From an uncultured Lachnospiraceae bacterium (lineage in GTDB: Bacteria > Bacillota > Clostridia > Lachnospirales > Lachnospiraceae), in assembly GCA_947589155.1 (NCBI GenBank), contig CANQBH010000002.1, positions 56,077 through 120,076 on the forward strand: a DNA stretch of 64,000 nt, given 5' to 3'. Below the pieces are notes generated by a model. It was not told the DNA's origin. It ran no database searches and saw only the letters and a program-made list of their open reading frames with translations. Made by a program: the position numbers and the translations under genes. Shown here piece after piece: positions 20,044 through 29,141 of this stretch; the first letter of the stretch is position 1; the number at the start of each line of letters is the position of its first letter.

Positions 20044-21156
20044 ATGAAGTGTTGTAAATGCGGCGAAGAAATCAAAGTAGGAAGCGTATATTGCCAGAAC
20101 TGCGGCGAACCGGCGCAGATCGTACCGGACTATAACGTGCTTGAGGACGATATCATCGTTTCGTATCTCAACGAACAAAAAAACGCGGAGAAGCAGCCGC
20201 AAAAGGAGCAGCCGGAGCAGGAAGGAAAAACTCCGGAAAAGAAAAAGGCGGGAAGCGCGCAAAAAAAGGCCGCGATCCTTGCGGTGATCGCCGCGGCGCT
20301 TGTCGTGGTCGTCCTCGCCCTCTATCTGACGTCCTATTCCTATTGCATTGCAAAAGGAAAGCGCTGCGACGCAAAAGAAGACTACGCGCAGGCGGTCGCC
20401 TGTTACGAAAAGGCGATCGGAAAGCGGGAGGATAGGGCGGAAGCCTACCGTCTGGCCGGAGCGGATCTGCTGCTGCTGAAAGACTATGAAAAAGCGGAAT
20501 CCTATCTGCTTCTTGCCATTGAAAAAGATCCGAACGACGTAGAAGCCTATGAAACGCTCCTGCAACTCTATGTCGCGACAAAGGATGACGCCGCGCTCGA
20601 GCGTCTCAAAGAAGCCGACGTCACGCCGGAAGTACAAAAACTCTTCCAAAAACTTCTCGTATCGCCGCCGGAATTTTCCGAAGAAGAGGGAACCTATGGC
20701 GACGATCTGGAACTGTCGCTGTCCTGCGACGGAGATCAGGAGATCTTCTATACCTTGGACGGCTCGGATCCGGTCAAAGGCGGGACGAGATATGAAGGAA
20801 CCATCATGTTGACGGAAGGATCAACCACAGTTAAAGCCGTCGCGAGAAACGCCGACGGCAATTACAGCCTTGTGACGGAAAATACTTACGAGATCGCTTA
20901 TGAAAAGCCGGATTATCCGGAAGTTTCCCCGTCCGAGGGGTCATTTACTGCGCCGACCTTCGTGCAGGTGACGATTCCGGAGGGCTGCACGGTTTATTAT
21001 ACATGGGACGGCAGCCGCCCGACGGAAAGTTCCGCCGTATGTACGGAACCGCTCGCGATTCCGGAAGGCAATAATATCCTTTCCCTGCTGCTGGTGGACG
21101 AGCACGGTATGCAAAGCGACGTTTTGCAGTGCAATTACCGCTATCTGCCGCAATAA
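20044..21156 (+). CDS. Membrane-anchored protein: N-terminal zinc ribbon, TM, TPR-like repeats, two CHB_HEX_C/Fn3-associated-like domains
   Basis: CxKC...CQNC, hydrophobic stretch, A..YEKAI repeats, IFYTLDGSDP and VYYTWDGSRP. Confidence 0.8.
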   Translation: MKCCKCGEEIKVGSVYCQNCGEPAQIVPDYNVLEDDIIVSYLNEQKNAEKQPQKEQPEQEGKTPEKKKAGSAQKKAAILAVIAAALVVVVLALYLTSYSYCIAKGKRCDAKEDYAQAVACYEKAIGKREDRAEAYRLAGADLLLLKDYEKAESYLLLAIEKDPNDVEAYETLLQLYVATKDDAALERLKEADVTPEVQKLFQKLLVSPPEFSEEEGTYGDDLELSLSCDGDQEIFYTLDGSDPVKGGTRYEGTIMLTEGSTTVKAVARNADGNYSLVTENTYEIAYEKPDYPEVSPSEGSFTAPTFVQVTIPEGCTVYYTWDGSRPTESSAVCTEPLAIPEGNNILSLLLVDEHGMQSDVLQCNYRYLPQ

Positions 21157-21161
21157 TTGTC

Positions 21162-21641
21162 ATGGATATCACCGTTCTTTGCGTCGGCAAACTCAAAGAA
21201 AAATTTTACAGCGACGCCGCGGGCGAATATCTCAAGCGTCTGCGCCGCTATTGCAGGCCGCAGGTGATCGAGGTGGCGGACGAAAAAGCGCCGGAGCAGG
21301 CGTCCGCTGCAGAACGCGCGCAGATCTTGGAAAAAGAAGGCGGCCGTCTGCTGAAGCATATCCGCGACAACGACTTCTGTATCACGCTGGAGATCGAGGG
21401 GAAAGCCATGGATTCGATCGCTTTTTCCAAGGAGATCGAGCGCGCCATGCTATGCGGGACGAGCCGTCTGGTCTTTGTGATTGGAGGGTCTTTGGGGCTT
21501 TCTCCGGCGGTCTGCAAAAGAAGCGATCTTTCGCTTAGTTTTTCCAAAATGACCTTTCCCCATCCGCTGATGCGGGTCATCCTGTTGGAGCAGATCTACC
21601 GGAGTTTCCGTCTGATCCGCGGCGAACCCTACCATAAGTGA
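21162..21641 (+). CDS. rlmH: 23S rRNA m3-pseudouridine 1915 methyltransferase
   Basis: VGKLKE, FVIGGSLG, MTFPH, LEQIYR, GEPYHK; start ATG 21162. Confidence 0.95.
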   Translation: MDITVLCVGKLKEKFYSDAAGEYLKRLRRYCRPQVIEVADEKAPEQASAAERAQILEKEGGRLLKHIRDNDFCITLEIEGKAMDSIAFSKEIERAMLCGTSRLVFVIGGSLGLSPAVCKRSDLSLSFSKMTFPHPLMRVILLEQIYRSFRLIRGEPYHK

Positions 21642-21649
21642 TCCTTGGT

Positions 21650-21675
21650 ATAAGTTCCGCCGCCGTTCATATAGT
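21650..21675 (+). promoter_or_regulatory. SigE-like promoter of yqfC-yqfD
   Basis: ATA-15 nt-CATATAGT; yqfCD are sigE genes in Bacillus. Confidence 0.55.
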
Positions 21676-21681
21676 GTATAT

Positions 21682-21966
21682 ATGAAAGAGTTTCTGGAAC
21701 AGCGGCGGTGGCGATGGCGGGAGGAGGAGAGCGCGGATGCGTTTTTGCCCGGCGAGATCCGCCTGACCTTAGCGGGAAGCCGGAGGCTTCTGGTCGAGAA
21801 CTTCAAAGGGATCGTTTATTTCGACGAATCCGTCGTGATCGTACAGTCCAAAAAGCAGACGGCGGCCATCGGCGGACGGAAACTGCAGATCGAATATTAC
21901 GCCAAAGACGAGATGCTTGTCGTAGGATCTATTGAAAAAATCGAAGTAAAGGAAAGCGGCGCTTGA
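21682..21966 (+). CDS. yqfC: YabP/YqfC family sporulation protein
   Basis: LVENFKGI...I.G..LQIEYY..DEM...G.I; precedes yqfD. Confidence 0.8.
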   Translation: MKEFLEQRRWRWREEESADAFLPGEIRLTLAGSRRLLVENFKGIVYFDESVVIVQSKKQTAAIGGRKLQIEYYAKDEMLVVGSIEKIEVKESGA

Positions 21967-23168
21967 GTATCTTTCTATCTTTGTTTGGCTCTGTCAAAGT
22001 AAATCTTACCGGAAAAGAAATTTCAAGGTTTTTGAGGCTGTGCAGTACCTACCGTATTTTTTTGTTTGACATCTCCTCGGAAGGCGCGGATGAGATTTCT
22101 TTTTTTATGTCCGCGCGCGACGTCTTCCGGCTGCGGCCGGTGTTGCGCAAGACCGGATGCCGCTTGCGGATCTGTCAAAGGCGGGGCGCGCCGTTTTTCT
22201 TTCTGCGCTACCGCTGGAAGATCGCCTTCCGCGGCAGTATCCTCTGCGCCTTTTTGCTGTTCTGGTATCTGACGGGCTTTATCTGGAGCGTGCATCTGTC
22301 GGGCAATTCCTATCTGACCGAAGAATATATGCGCGCTTTTTTGGAGGAACGGCAGGCGTATATCGGCTGCCGCGCCGGCCGGATCGATACGGTGGCGCTG
22401 GAAGAACAGATCCTCGAGGCGTTTCCCGAGGTGATCTGGACGTCGGTCTATATCAAAGGCACTTCGCTGCACATCACGCTCAAGGAGCAGATCCGGCTGG
22501 CAGAGGAACAAGAGGAGCGGCCGGGCGTGCAGGATCTCATCGCTCCGGCGGACGGCAAGGTTGCGGAAATTTTTGTCCGCAGCGGCACCGCGGCCGTCGC
22601 GCAGGGGGACGAGGTGAAAAAGGGCGATGTCCTGATCCACGGCTGGGTGCCGGTTTACGACGATATGGAGACGCTTGTCAAACATTACGATCCCGTCGCG
22701 GCGGACGGCGACGTCCTGATCGAAAGGAGGCAGCCTTACCGCGAGCAGCTTGACGCCGCCTATCAAAAAAAGCAGTGGACAGAAACGCTTCGCTATGTCA
22801 CGTTTGAAACGGCAGGCGTGAACGCGGATCTGATCCGCTATTTCCTGCCGGACGAAAAGCGGGTGGTCTTTTGCGAGACAAGACCGCTCCGCCTCTTTCA
22901 CAGCATTGTACTGCCTTTGACGCAGAACCGCTATGAGGCGCGTTTGTACCGCCTCAAGCCGCAGACGTACAGCAGGAGCGAAGCGGAGGAGATCCTGCTG
23001 CGCCGTTATCGGCAATTTGCCAAAAAAATAGGGAAAAAAGGGGTTCAAATCACAGACAAAAATGTTATTATATTAAGAAAGGGAAATGTATATTCTATGG
23101 AGGGAGACGTTTTGCTGCGTTATCCCGCCAAAGAACTGCGAGCAGGAACGGTTCCCGATGTGGAGTAG
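21963..23168 (+). CDS. yqfD: Stage IV sporulation protein YqfD
   Basis: RRGAPFF, FIWSVHLSGN, DLIAPADG...SG..AV..GD.VKKGDVLI.G. Confidence 0.88.
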   Translation: MSIFLSLFGSVKVNLTGKEISRFLRLCSTYRIFLFDISSEGADEISFFMSARDVFRLRPVLRKTGCRLRICQRRGAPFFFLRYRWKIAFRGSILCAFLLFWYLTGFIWSVHLSGNSYLTEEYMRAFLEERQAYIGCRAGRIDTVALEEQILEAFPEVIWTSVYIKGTSLHITLKEQIRLAEEQEERPGVQDLIAPADGKVAEIFVRSGTAAVAQGDEVKKGDVLIHGWVPVYDDMETLVKHYDPVAADGDVLIERRQPYREQLDAAYQKKQWTETLRYVTFETAGVNADLIRYFLPDEKRVVFCETRPLRLFHSIVLPLTQNRYEARLYRLKPQTYSRSEAEEILLRRYRQFAKKIGKKGVQITDKNVIILRKGNVYSMEGDVLLRYPAKELRAGTVPDVE

Positions 23169-23176
23169 TTGATCTT

Positions 23177-24199
23177 ATGGGTGAGTTTCAGGAGACCATT
23201 TCGCTGTCCGTCAGGGATATGGAAAATATCTTCGGACAGTTTGACGCGAATATAAAATTACTGGAAAAGAATCTGCATGTCGCGTTCATTGCCAGAAACG
23301 ACAGGCTGAAAATGATCGGCGAGGAGCACGCCGTCCTTCGGGCGCGGCGGATCATGGAAGAACTCGCCCGCCTGTCCGAAAAAGGCAGCGTGATCACGGA
23401 GCAGGAGATCTCCTACGTTCTGGGCTTAAATCCCGCCGAGTTAAAATCCCACGCAATGTCACAATTACAGGATGAGTGTATCTGCCATACGACAAGCGGC
23501 AAACCGGTCAAACCAAAGACGATCGGCCAGAAGACCTATGTGGACGCGATCCGCGAAGGCATGATCACGTTCGGGATCGGACCGGCCGGTACCGGCAAGA
23601 CCTATCTGGCGATGGCGATGGCGATCACGGCCTTCCAGCGTGAAGAAGTCGGCCGGATCATCCTGACGCGTCCCGCTATTGAAGCGGGGGAGAAACTCGG
23701 CTTTCTTCCGGGCGACCTGCAGAGCAAGGTGGATCCTTACCTGCGGCCGCTCTATGACGCCCTCTATCAGATCATGGGCGCGGACAGTTTTGCCCGCAAC
23801 ATGGAAAAAGGGCTGATCGAGGTGGCGCCGCTGGCGTATATGCGCGGGCGCACGCTGGATAATGCGTTCATCATCTTGGACGAGGCGCAGAATACGACGC
23901 CGGCGCAGATGAAGATGTTTCTGACGAGGATCGGATACGGCTCCAAAGCCGTCATCACCGGAGACAATACGCAGAAGGATCTTCCGAAAGATACGGTCTC
24001 GGGGCTGGACGTGGCGATCCGGGTGTTAAAGGCCGTGCCGGAGATCGCGGTCTGCCGTCTGGACGGCAGGGACGTCGTGCGCCATCCTCTGGTGCAGAAG
24101 ATCGTCAACGCCTACGAGATCTACGAAACAAACGCGGCTTCCGGCGGAAAAAAGAAAAAAGGTGGAGCGAAGCATGGTGCGTCCGGTCAAAGAGAATAA
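23177..24199 (+). CDS. phoH: PhoH-like ATPase
   Basis: GPAGTGKTYLA, RPAIEAGEKLGFLPG, AYMRGRT, DEAQN. Confidence 0.94.
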   Translation: MGEFQETISLSVRDMENIFGQFDANIKLLEKNLHVAFIARNDRLKMIGEEHAVLRARRIMEELARLSEKGSVITEQEISYVLGLNPAELKSHAMSQLQDECICHTTSGKPVKPKTIGQKTYVDAIREGMITFGIGPAGTGKTYLAMAMAITAFQREEVGRIILTRPAIEAGEKLGFLPGDLQSKVDPYLRPLYDALYQIMGADSFARNMEKGLIEVAPLAYMRGRTLDNAFIILDEAQNTTPAQMKMFLTRIGYGSKAVITGDNTQKDLPKDTVSGLDVAIRVLKAVPEIAVCRLDGRDVVRHPLVQKIVNAYEIYETNAASGGKKKKGGAKHGASGQRE

Positions 24200-25373
24200 A
24201 ATATCAGCCAGACGCGCGCTGTTCATGACGGGGATCGCGCTGACGTTTGCGGCTGGGCTCGCGTTTTTTGCGTTCCGCAGTCAGGTCTTATTGGACGAGT
24301 TGTTCTGTCTTGGCGTCCTGCATTGTATCATGGTCCTGCTTTTGATCCTTGCGTTTGTCCGGCGGCGGATCGCGGGAGAGACGGCTCTTGGGCAGGCGGA
24401 CGATTACGGCAGGATCTTCTGGTCGTTTCTTGCCTGCTGGGGCATGGAAGCCCTTTTTGTGTTCTGTCCGGATTTTTTTATTCCGGTCATGCTGATCCCG
24501 CTGCTGCTGTCGTTGTCCATGGACGCGGCGCTGGCGCTGTGTTTCGGCATTTATTTTGTGTTCCTGCTCTGCGTATTCGGCGGACTCGGCAATCAGGCGT
24601 TGTACTGTTACTGTCTGCTTGACATGGCGGGGATCATGCTTCAGCCGTATCTTCGGGGCAAAAAGCGGCTGGAGGGCATGGAGGTCTACCTCCTCTATTT
24701 TCTGGTCAACAGTATCGTCCCGATCCTGTTTTACTATATGACCTATCTGGAACTGTCGTCGGAGTTGTTTTTTTACGCCGTGGGAAACGGCCTTGTCACA
24801 ACGGCGCTGATCCTGATCTTTTACCGGCCGCTCTCTCTTGATATCAGCAGGACCGTAGAAGAAAATTACCGCAAGATCCTGAAAGAGGATTATCCTCTGG
24901 TCGGTGATATCCGGCGGTATTCCCTTGCGGAATACCGTCATGCGATGCGCGTCTCGCGTCTTGCGGCGATGTGTGCCAAAGAGATCGGCGCGAACGTTTT
25001 GTGCTGCGCGTGCGCCGGATTTTATTACCGGTTGGGCAAGATGGAAGGGGAGCCGGAGATCGACAACGCGCTAAAACTTGCCAACGACCACTGCTTTCCT
25101 GCGGACGTCATGCTGATCATGGAGGAATACGGCGGCGTCATACGTCTGCCGCAGACGCCGGAATCGGCGATCGTGCATATGGTCGATATGCTGGTAACAA
25201 AGATCGAACTGCTGGATCAGGACACGATGTCCAGCACGTGGAATCAGGACATGGTGATCTACCAGTCGCTGAACGAATGGTCGCAGAAAGGCTTCTATGA
25301 TGAATCCGGCCTGAGTATCAATCAGTTCTTAAAGATTCGGGAAAAACTTGTTGCGGAGGAAACGCTGTTATGA
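24174..25373 (+). CDS. Multi-TM protein with degenerate HD domain (PgpH/YqfF-like)
   Basis: About 7 TM segments, then HD-like H..RV..LA...A..IGAN...GFYYRLGK; lies between phoH and ybeY. Confidence 0.75.
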   Translation: MVRPVKENKISARRALFMTGIALTFAAGLAFFAFRSQVLLDELFCLGVLHCIMVLLLILAFVRRRIAGETALGQADDYGRIFWSFLACWGMEALFVFCPDFFIPVMLIPLLLSLSMDAALALCFGIYFVFLLCVFGGLGNQALYCYCLLDMAGIMLQPYLRGKKRLEGMEVYLLYFLVNSIVPILFYYMTYLELSSELFFYAVGNGLVTTALILIFYRPLSLDISRTVEENYRKILKEDYPLVGDIRRYSLAEYRHAMRVSRLAAMCAKEIGANVLCCACAGFYYRLGKMEGEPEIDNALKLANDHCFPADVMLIMEEYGGVIRLPQTPESAIVHMVDMLVTKIELLDQDTMSSTWNQDMVIYQSLNEWSQKGFYDESGLSINQFLKIREKLVAEETLL

Positions 25374-25873
25374 CATTGGAGATTCGGGAGGAGACGGAAG
25401 TGCCGTTTTCCTTTGCCTATCAAAAGATCGCGGAAACGGTGGCGGAAGCCGCGCTGCGCCATGAAGGTTTTCCGTATGATGCCGAACTCGGGCTGATGCT
25501 GACGGACGACGAAGCGATCCGCCGGATGAACGCGCAGTTCCGCGGGATCGACGCGGCTACGGACGTTTTGTCCTTTCCGCTGCTTCCGCTGGAGCAAGGC
25601 GGGAGGTTTGAGGGCTTGGAGGACCGGTCGGACTGCTTCCATCCGCAGAGCGGCGAGGCGCTTCTGGGGGATATCGTCATTTCCGTCGATCATGTGATCG
25701 CGCAGGCAGAGGCGTACGGACATTCGCAGGAACGGGAATACGCGTTTTTGATCGCGCATAGCATGTTACATCTCATGGGATACGACCATGAGGAGGAAAA
25801 GGAGGCGGCGGTCATGGAACAGAAACAAAAGGAGATCCTCGAAGGACTTCATATTACAAGGGAGGAACAATGA
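25370..25873 (+). CDS. ybeY: rRNA maturation endoribonuclease YbeY
   Basis: TDVLSFP, LGDIVIS, HSMLHLMGYDH. Confidence 0.96.
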   Translation: MTLEIREETEVPFSFAYQKIAETVAEAALRHEGFPYDAELGLMLTDDEAIRRMNAQFRGIDAATDVLSFPLLPLEQGGRFEGLEDRSDCFHPQSGEALLGDIVISVDHVIAQAEAYGHSQEREYAFLIAHSMLHLMGYDHEEEKEAAVMEQKQKEILEGLHITREEQ

Positions 25874-26955
25874 TGAATAAGAAAAAAACAGTGATCATCG
25901 CCCTGGTGGCGGTCGCAGCGGTCGCGGCGGCCGTGGTCATCGCGCTGACGGCCATGCCAAAGGAAACGGCAAAAAAGACCAAAGACAAGACCGAACAACA
26001 GGCCAAAGAAGATCACACGAATGAGGTGCGCAGTCTTCTGACCGGAGAGTGGGTCGACAAGGAAATCGGACAGAAGCGTCCGGTCGCGATCATGACGGAA
26101 AACACCAAAGACGCGCTGCCGCAGTACGGCTTAAATTCCGCAGGCGTCATCTATGAAGTTCCGGTAGAGGGCTCGATCACCCGTTTGATGGCGATCTATG
26201 AGGATTATGCCGATCTTGAACGGATCGGAAACGTCCGCAGCTGCCGTCCGTACTATGTCTATTTTGCGTCGGAATTTGACGCGGTCTATGTTCATTTCGG
26301 ACAGAGCGTGCAGGGCGAGGAGGCGCTCAACCGTGGGATCGTAGACAATCTGAGCGGTCTGGACGGATCGCTGAACGATATGTTCTACCGCACCAACGAC
26401 CGTCCCGCGCCGCATAACGCTTATACGAGCGGGGAGGGCATTGCTTTCGGCATAGAAAAGAAGGGCTATCGCACGGCCTATAAAGAAGGGTATCAGGGTC
26501 ACTATCTCTTTGCGGCGGACGAGGAAAATACGCTGGATAGCGGCGAGACCTGCGAGATGATCGAACCGTATTATTTTTACAATCAGCCGTCGTTTGTCTA
26601 TGACAAAACGAGCAAGACCTACCGCCGTTTCCAGTTTGGCGATGCGGAAACGGACGCCGTGGACGGGGAGCAGATCTGCGTCAGCAATATCATTTTCCAG
26701 AATGTCGACAACTCGATCTATGAGGGCACACCGTACTTAAACCTCACGGTCAGCGGCTCCGGCGAAGGGAAATTCTTTACCCGCGGCAGGATGATCGATA
26801 TCACATGGGAAAAGGAAGACGACGGCATTACGCATTATTATGATCTTTCCGGCGAAGAGATCGTTCTCAATCCGGGCAAGACATGGGTCTGCATCATGCA
26901 GGATCAGTATGCCGGCGAGAGCGTTCTGACAGAGAAGGAAAGCGCCGCAGAATAG
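25870..26955 (+). CDS. DUF3048 (YerB-like) exported protein
   Basis: Signal/TM, RPVAIMTEN, PQYGL, VEGSITR, GNVRSCR, APHNAY. Confidence 0.85.
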   Translation: MMNKKKTVIIALVAVAAVAAAVVIALTAMPKETAKKTKDKTEQQAKEDHTNEVRSLLTGEWVDKEIGQKRPVAIMTENTKDALPQYGLNSAGVIYEVPVEGSITRLMAIYEDYADLERIGNVRSCRPYYVYFASEFDAVYVHFGQSVQGEEALNRGIVDNLSGLDGSLNDMFYRTNDRPAPHNAYTSGEGIAFGIEKKGYRTAYKEGYQGHYLFAADEENTLDSGETCEMIEPYYFYNQPSFVYDKTSKTYRRFQFGDAETDAVDGEQICVSNIIFQNVDNSIYEGTPYLNLTVSGSGEGKFFTRGRMIDITWEKEDDGITHYYDLSGEEIVLNPGKTWVCIMQDQYAGESVLTEKESAAE

Positions 26956-26964
26956 AGGGAAACA

Positions 26965-28629
26965 TTGGGAAGCAACAGGAAGAACAGCAATACCAATTTC
27001 ATATTGCAGGGATCGCTGCTGGCCGTGGCGTCCATTATCAGCCGCATTGTGGGATTGGTTTACCGGATCCCGCTGACCGCCACGATCGGCAAGACCGGAA
27101 ACGACTTCTACGGGACGGCGTTCAGTATCTATAACATCATCCTGATCATATCGTCGTACAGCCTGCCGCTTTCGGTGTCCAAACTCGTGGCGGCCAAGGT
27201 GGGGAACCGGCGCTATCAGGACGCCTTCCGAATTTTCAAGGGTGCGATGGGCATAGCGATTGTCAGCGGCGGGCTCGGCGCGGTCTGCGTGTATTACTTT
27301 GCCGATTTCTTCACGGGCACGCTGCTCAAGACGCCTTTGAGCGCGATCGCGCTCAAGGTACTGGCGCCGACGCTGTTCGTCGTTGCCATCTTAGGCGTGC
27401 TGCGCGGCTTTTTCCAAGGCCTGAACACCATGATGCCGAGCGCGATCTCACAGGTCGCGGAGCAGATCATCAACGCGATCGTCAGCGTTGTGGCGGCGTA
27501 TATGCTGGTCTCTTACGGAAAGAAGGTCGGCGCGGTCCTTGGGGATCCGGAAGGATACGCCGCCGCCTACGGCGCGGCCGGCGGTACGCTCGGAACGGCG
27601 AGCGGCGCTTTTTTTGCGCTGCTGTTCATGCTGTTTGTATATCTTGTCTACCGCAGGCGATTCATGCGAAAAGTCAGCCGCGACCATCATAAGAACGTCG
27701 CCGGATACGGGCAGGTGCTAAAGGCGCTGCTGTTGACGATCGTTCCCGTGCTGCTTAGTACGACGGTTTACAGCCTGAGCACCCTGATCGATCAGGGCGT
27801 GTTCAAGAATATCGCGCTGCTTCAGGGGTATGAAGCAAGGCAGATCAGCGAGTGGTGGGGCGTTTACTCCGGACAGTTCATCGTGCTGACCAACGTGCCG
27901 ATCTCCATTGCCTCCGCGCTTGCCGCATCAAGCGTGCCGAGTCTTGCGGCTGCGTTCCACGGGAAGGAATTTGACAAGGTCAACGCGCAGATCGAGATTG
28001 CGACGCGCTTCATTATGGTAATCGCGATCCCTTCCGCGATCGGCATGGCGATTCTCGGCGGCCCGCTGAACCGGATGCTGTTTCAGGACAACGATCCGTC
28101 CACGATGTATATTATGATGCTCGGTACGGTCTCCATCGCGTTTTTTGCGCTGTCCACGCTGACGAACGGCCTGCTGCAGGGAATCGACCATATGATGAGT
28201 CCGGTGATCCACTCGGTCATTTCGCTGCTGGTGCATGTCTTGGTGCTGATCGTTCTGATGGAGTTTTTTGATCTGCATATTTACGCCGTTGTGATCGCGA
28301 ACAATATTTACGGTCTGGGCGTCTGTATCTTAAACGCGATCGCGATACGAAAGCACAGCGGCGCGCGAACGGATCTGCAGAAGACCTATATCATCCCGTT
28401 CTTTTCCGCCGTTGTCATGGGGATCGCGGTCTTTGTATCCTACGAGGCGTGCTACCGGCTGATCCGTTCCAATACGGCTGCGGTGCTGATCAGCGTCTGT
28501 CTTGGCGTTGCGGTTTATTTTGTCGTGCTTTTGCGGATGCGAGGACTGAGCGAGGACGAACTTCGTACCATGCCAAAAGGCGATGCGCTCGTGCGGCTGG
28601 CGCATAAATTTCATCTTTTGCATAATTAA
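26965..28629 (+). CDS. SpoVB/MurJ-like MOP-family flippase
   Basis: SRIVGLVYRIPL, LRGFFQG...PSAISQV.EQI; many TM segments. Confidence 0.88.
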   Translation: MGSNRKNSNTNFILQGSLLAVASIISRIVGLVYRIPLTATIGKTGNDFYGTAFSIYNIILIISSYSLPLSVSKLVAAKVGNRRYQDAFRIFKGAMGIAIVSGGLGAVCVYYFADFFTGTLLKTPLSAIALKVLAPTLFVVAILGVLRGFFQGLNTMMPSAISQVAEQIINAIVSVVAAYMLVSYGKKVGAVLGDPEGYAAAYGAAGGTLGTASGAFFALLFMLFVYLVYRRRFMRKVSRDHHKNVAGYGQVLKALLLTIVPVLLSTTVYSLSTLIDQGVFKNIALLQGYEARQISEWWGVYSGQFIVLTNVPISIASALAASSVPSLAAAFHGKEFDKVNAQIEIATRFIMVIAIPSAIGMAILGGPLNRMLFQDNDPSTMYIMMLGTVSIAFFALSTLTNGLLQGIDHMMSPVIHSVISLLVHVLVLIVLMEFFDLHIYAVVIANNIYGLGVCILNAIAIRKHSGARTDLQKTYIIPFFSAVVMGIAVFVSYEACYRLIRSNTAAVLISVCLGVAVYFVVLLRMRGLSEDELRTMPKGDALVRLAHKFHLLHN

Positions 28630-28654
28630 GCGAAGAAATACAAATACTTTTGCT

Positions 28655-29023
28655 ATGATGAACGAAACAAGAGCAAAACGTATTTGTATTTTTTTAGTAT
28701 TGGCGCTTGCCCTGCTTTTTGCGGCGATCTTTCTTGCGCGGCAGGGAAACGATAGGGCGGACGGCGCAAAGGGCGCGGAAGATATGACCGCCGCGCGCCT
28801 TCACGAGGAGACGGCACCGAGTTCGACGGAAGGCTATGCCTTCCGCATTGCCGTAGAAGAAGACTATCTGGTCGTCTATAAAACGACGGAGACGCAGGCG
28901 TATCTCTATACTGATATCTGTACGACGTCTCTGCCCGAGGAGGTGCTAAAAGCGATCGGCGAGGGCGTGACCTTTAAGACGGAAAAGGAACTCTACGATT
29001 TTCTGGAGAATTACAGCAGTTGA
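28655..29023 (+). CDS. BofC C-terminal-domain-like sporulation protein
   Basis: N-terminal TM; C-terminal YLVVY...TDI..LPE.V...I..G.......ELYDFLENYSS; GCATA-18 nt-AATACTT (sigF/G-like) at 28620-28649. Confidence 0.7.
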   Translation: MMNETRAKRICIFLVLALALLFAAIFLARQGNDRADGAKGAEDMTAARLHEETAPSSTEGYAFRIAVEEDYLVVYKTTETQAYLYTDICTTSLPEEVLKAIGEGVTFKTEKELYDFLENYSS

Positions 29024-29034
29024 TCCGGAAATGC

Positions 29035-29085
29035 GTTTTTCTCCCGTAAATTTGTTTTTCTTCCGCAAGTTCGTTTTTCCGCAAA
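29035..29085. repeat. Three GTTTTTC-(n)-CCG(C/T)AA direct repeats, 19-bp period
   Basis: GTTTTTC at 29035, 29054 and 29073. Confidence 0.55.
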
Positions 29086-29090
29086 CATTA

Positions 29091-29119
29091 TTGTATCTTT
29101 TGGCGTCTTGTGCTACAAT
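29091..29119 (+). promoter_or_regulatory. sigA promoter of the flavoprotein-mutSL region
   Basis: TTGTAT-17 nt-TACAAT with extended TG. Confidence 0.6.
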
Positions 29120-29141
29120 ATATTGTGGCTAAAAGGATGGA

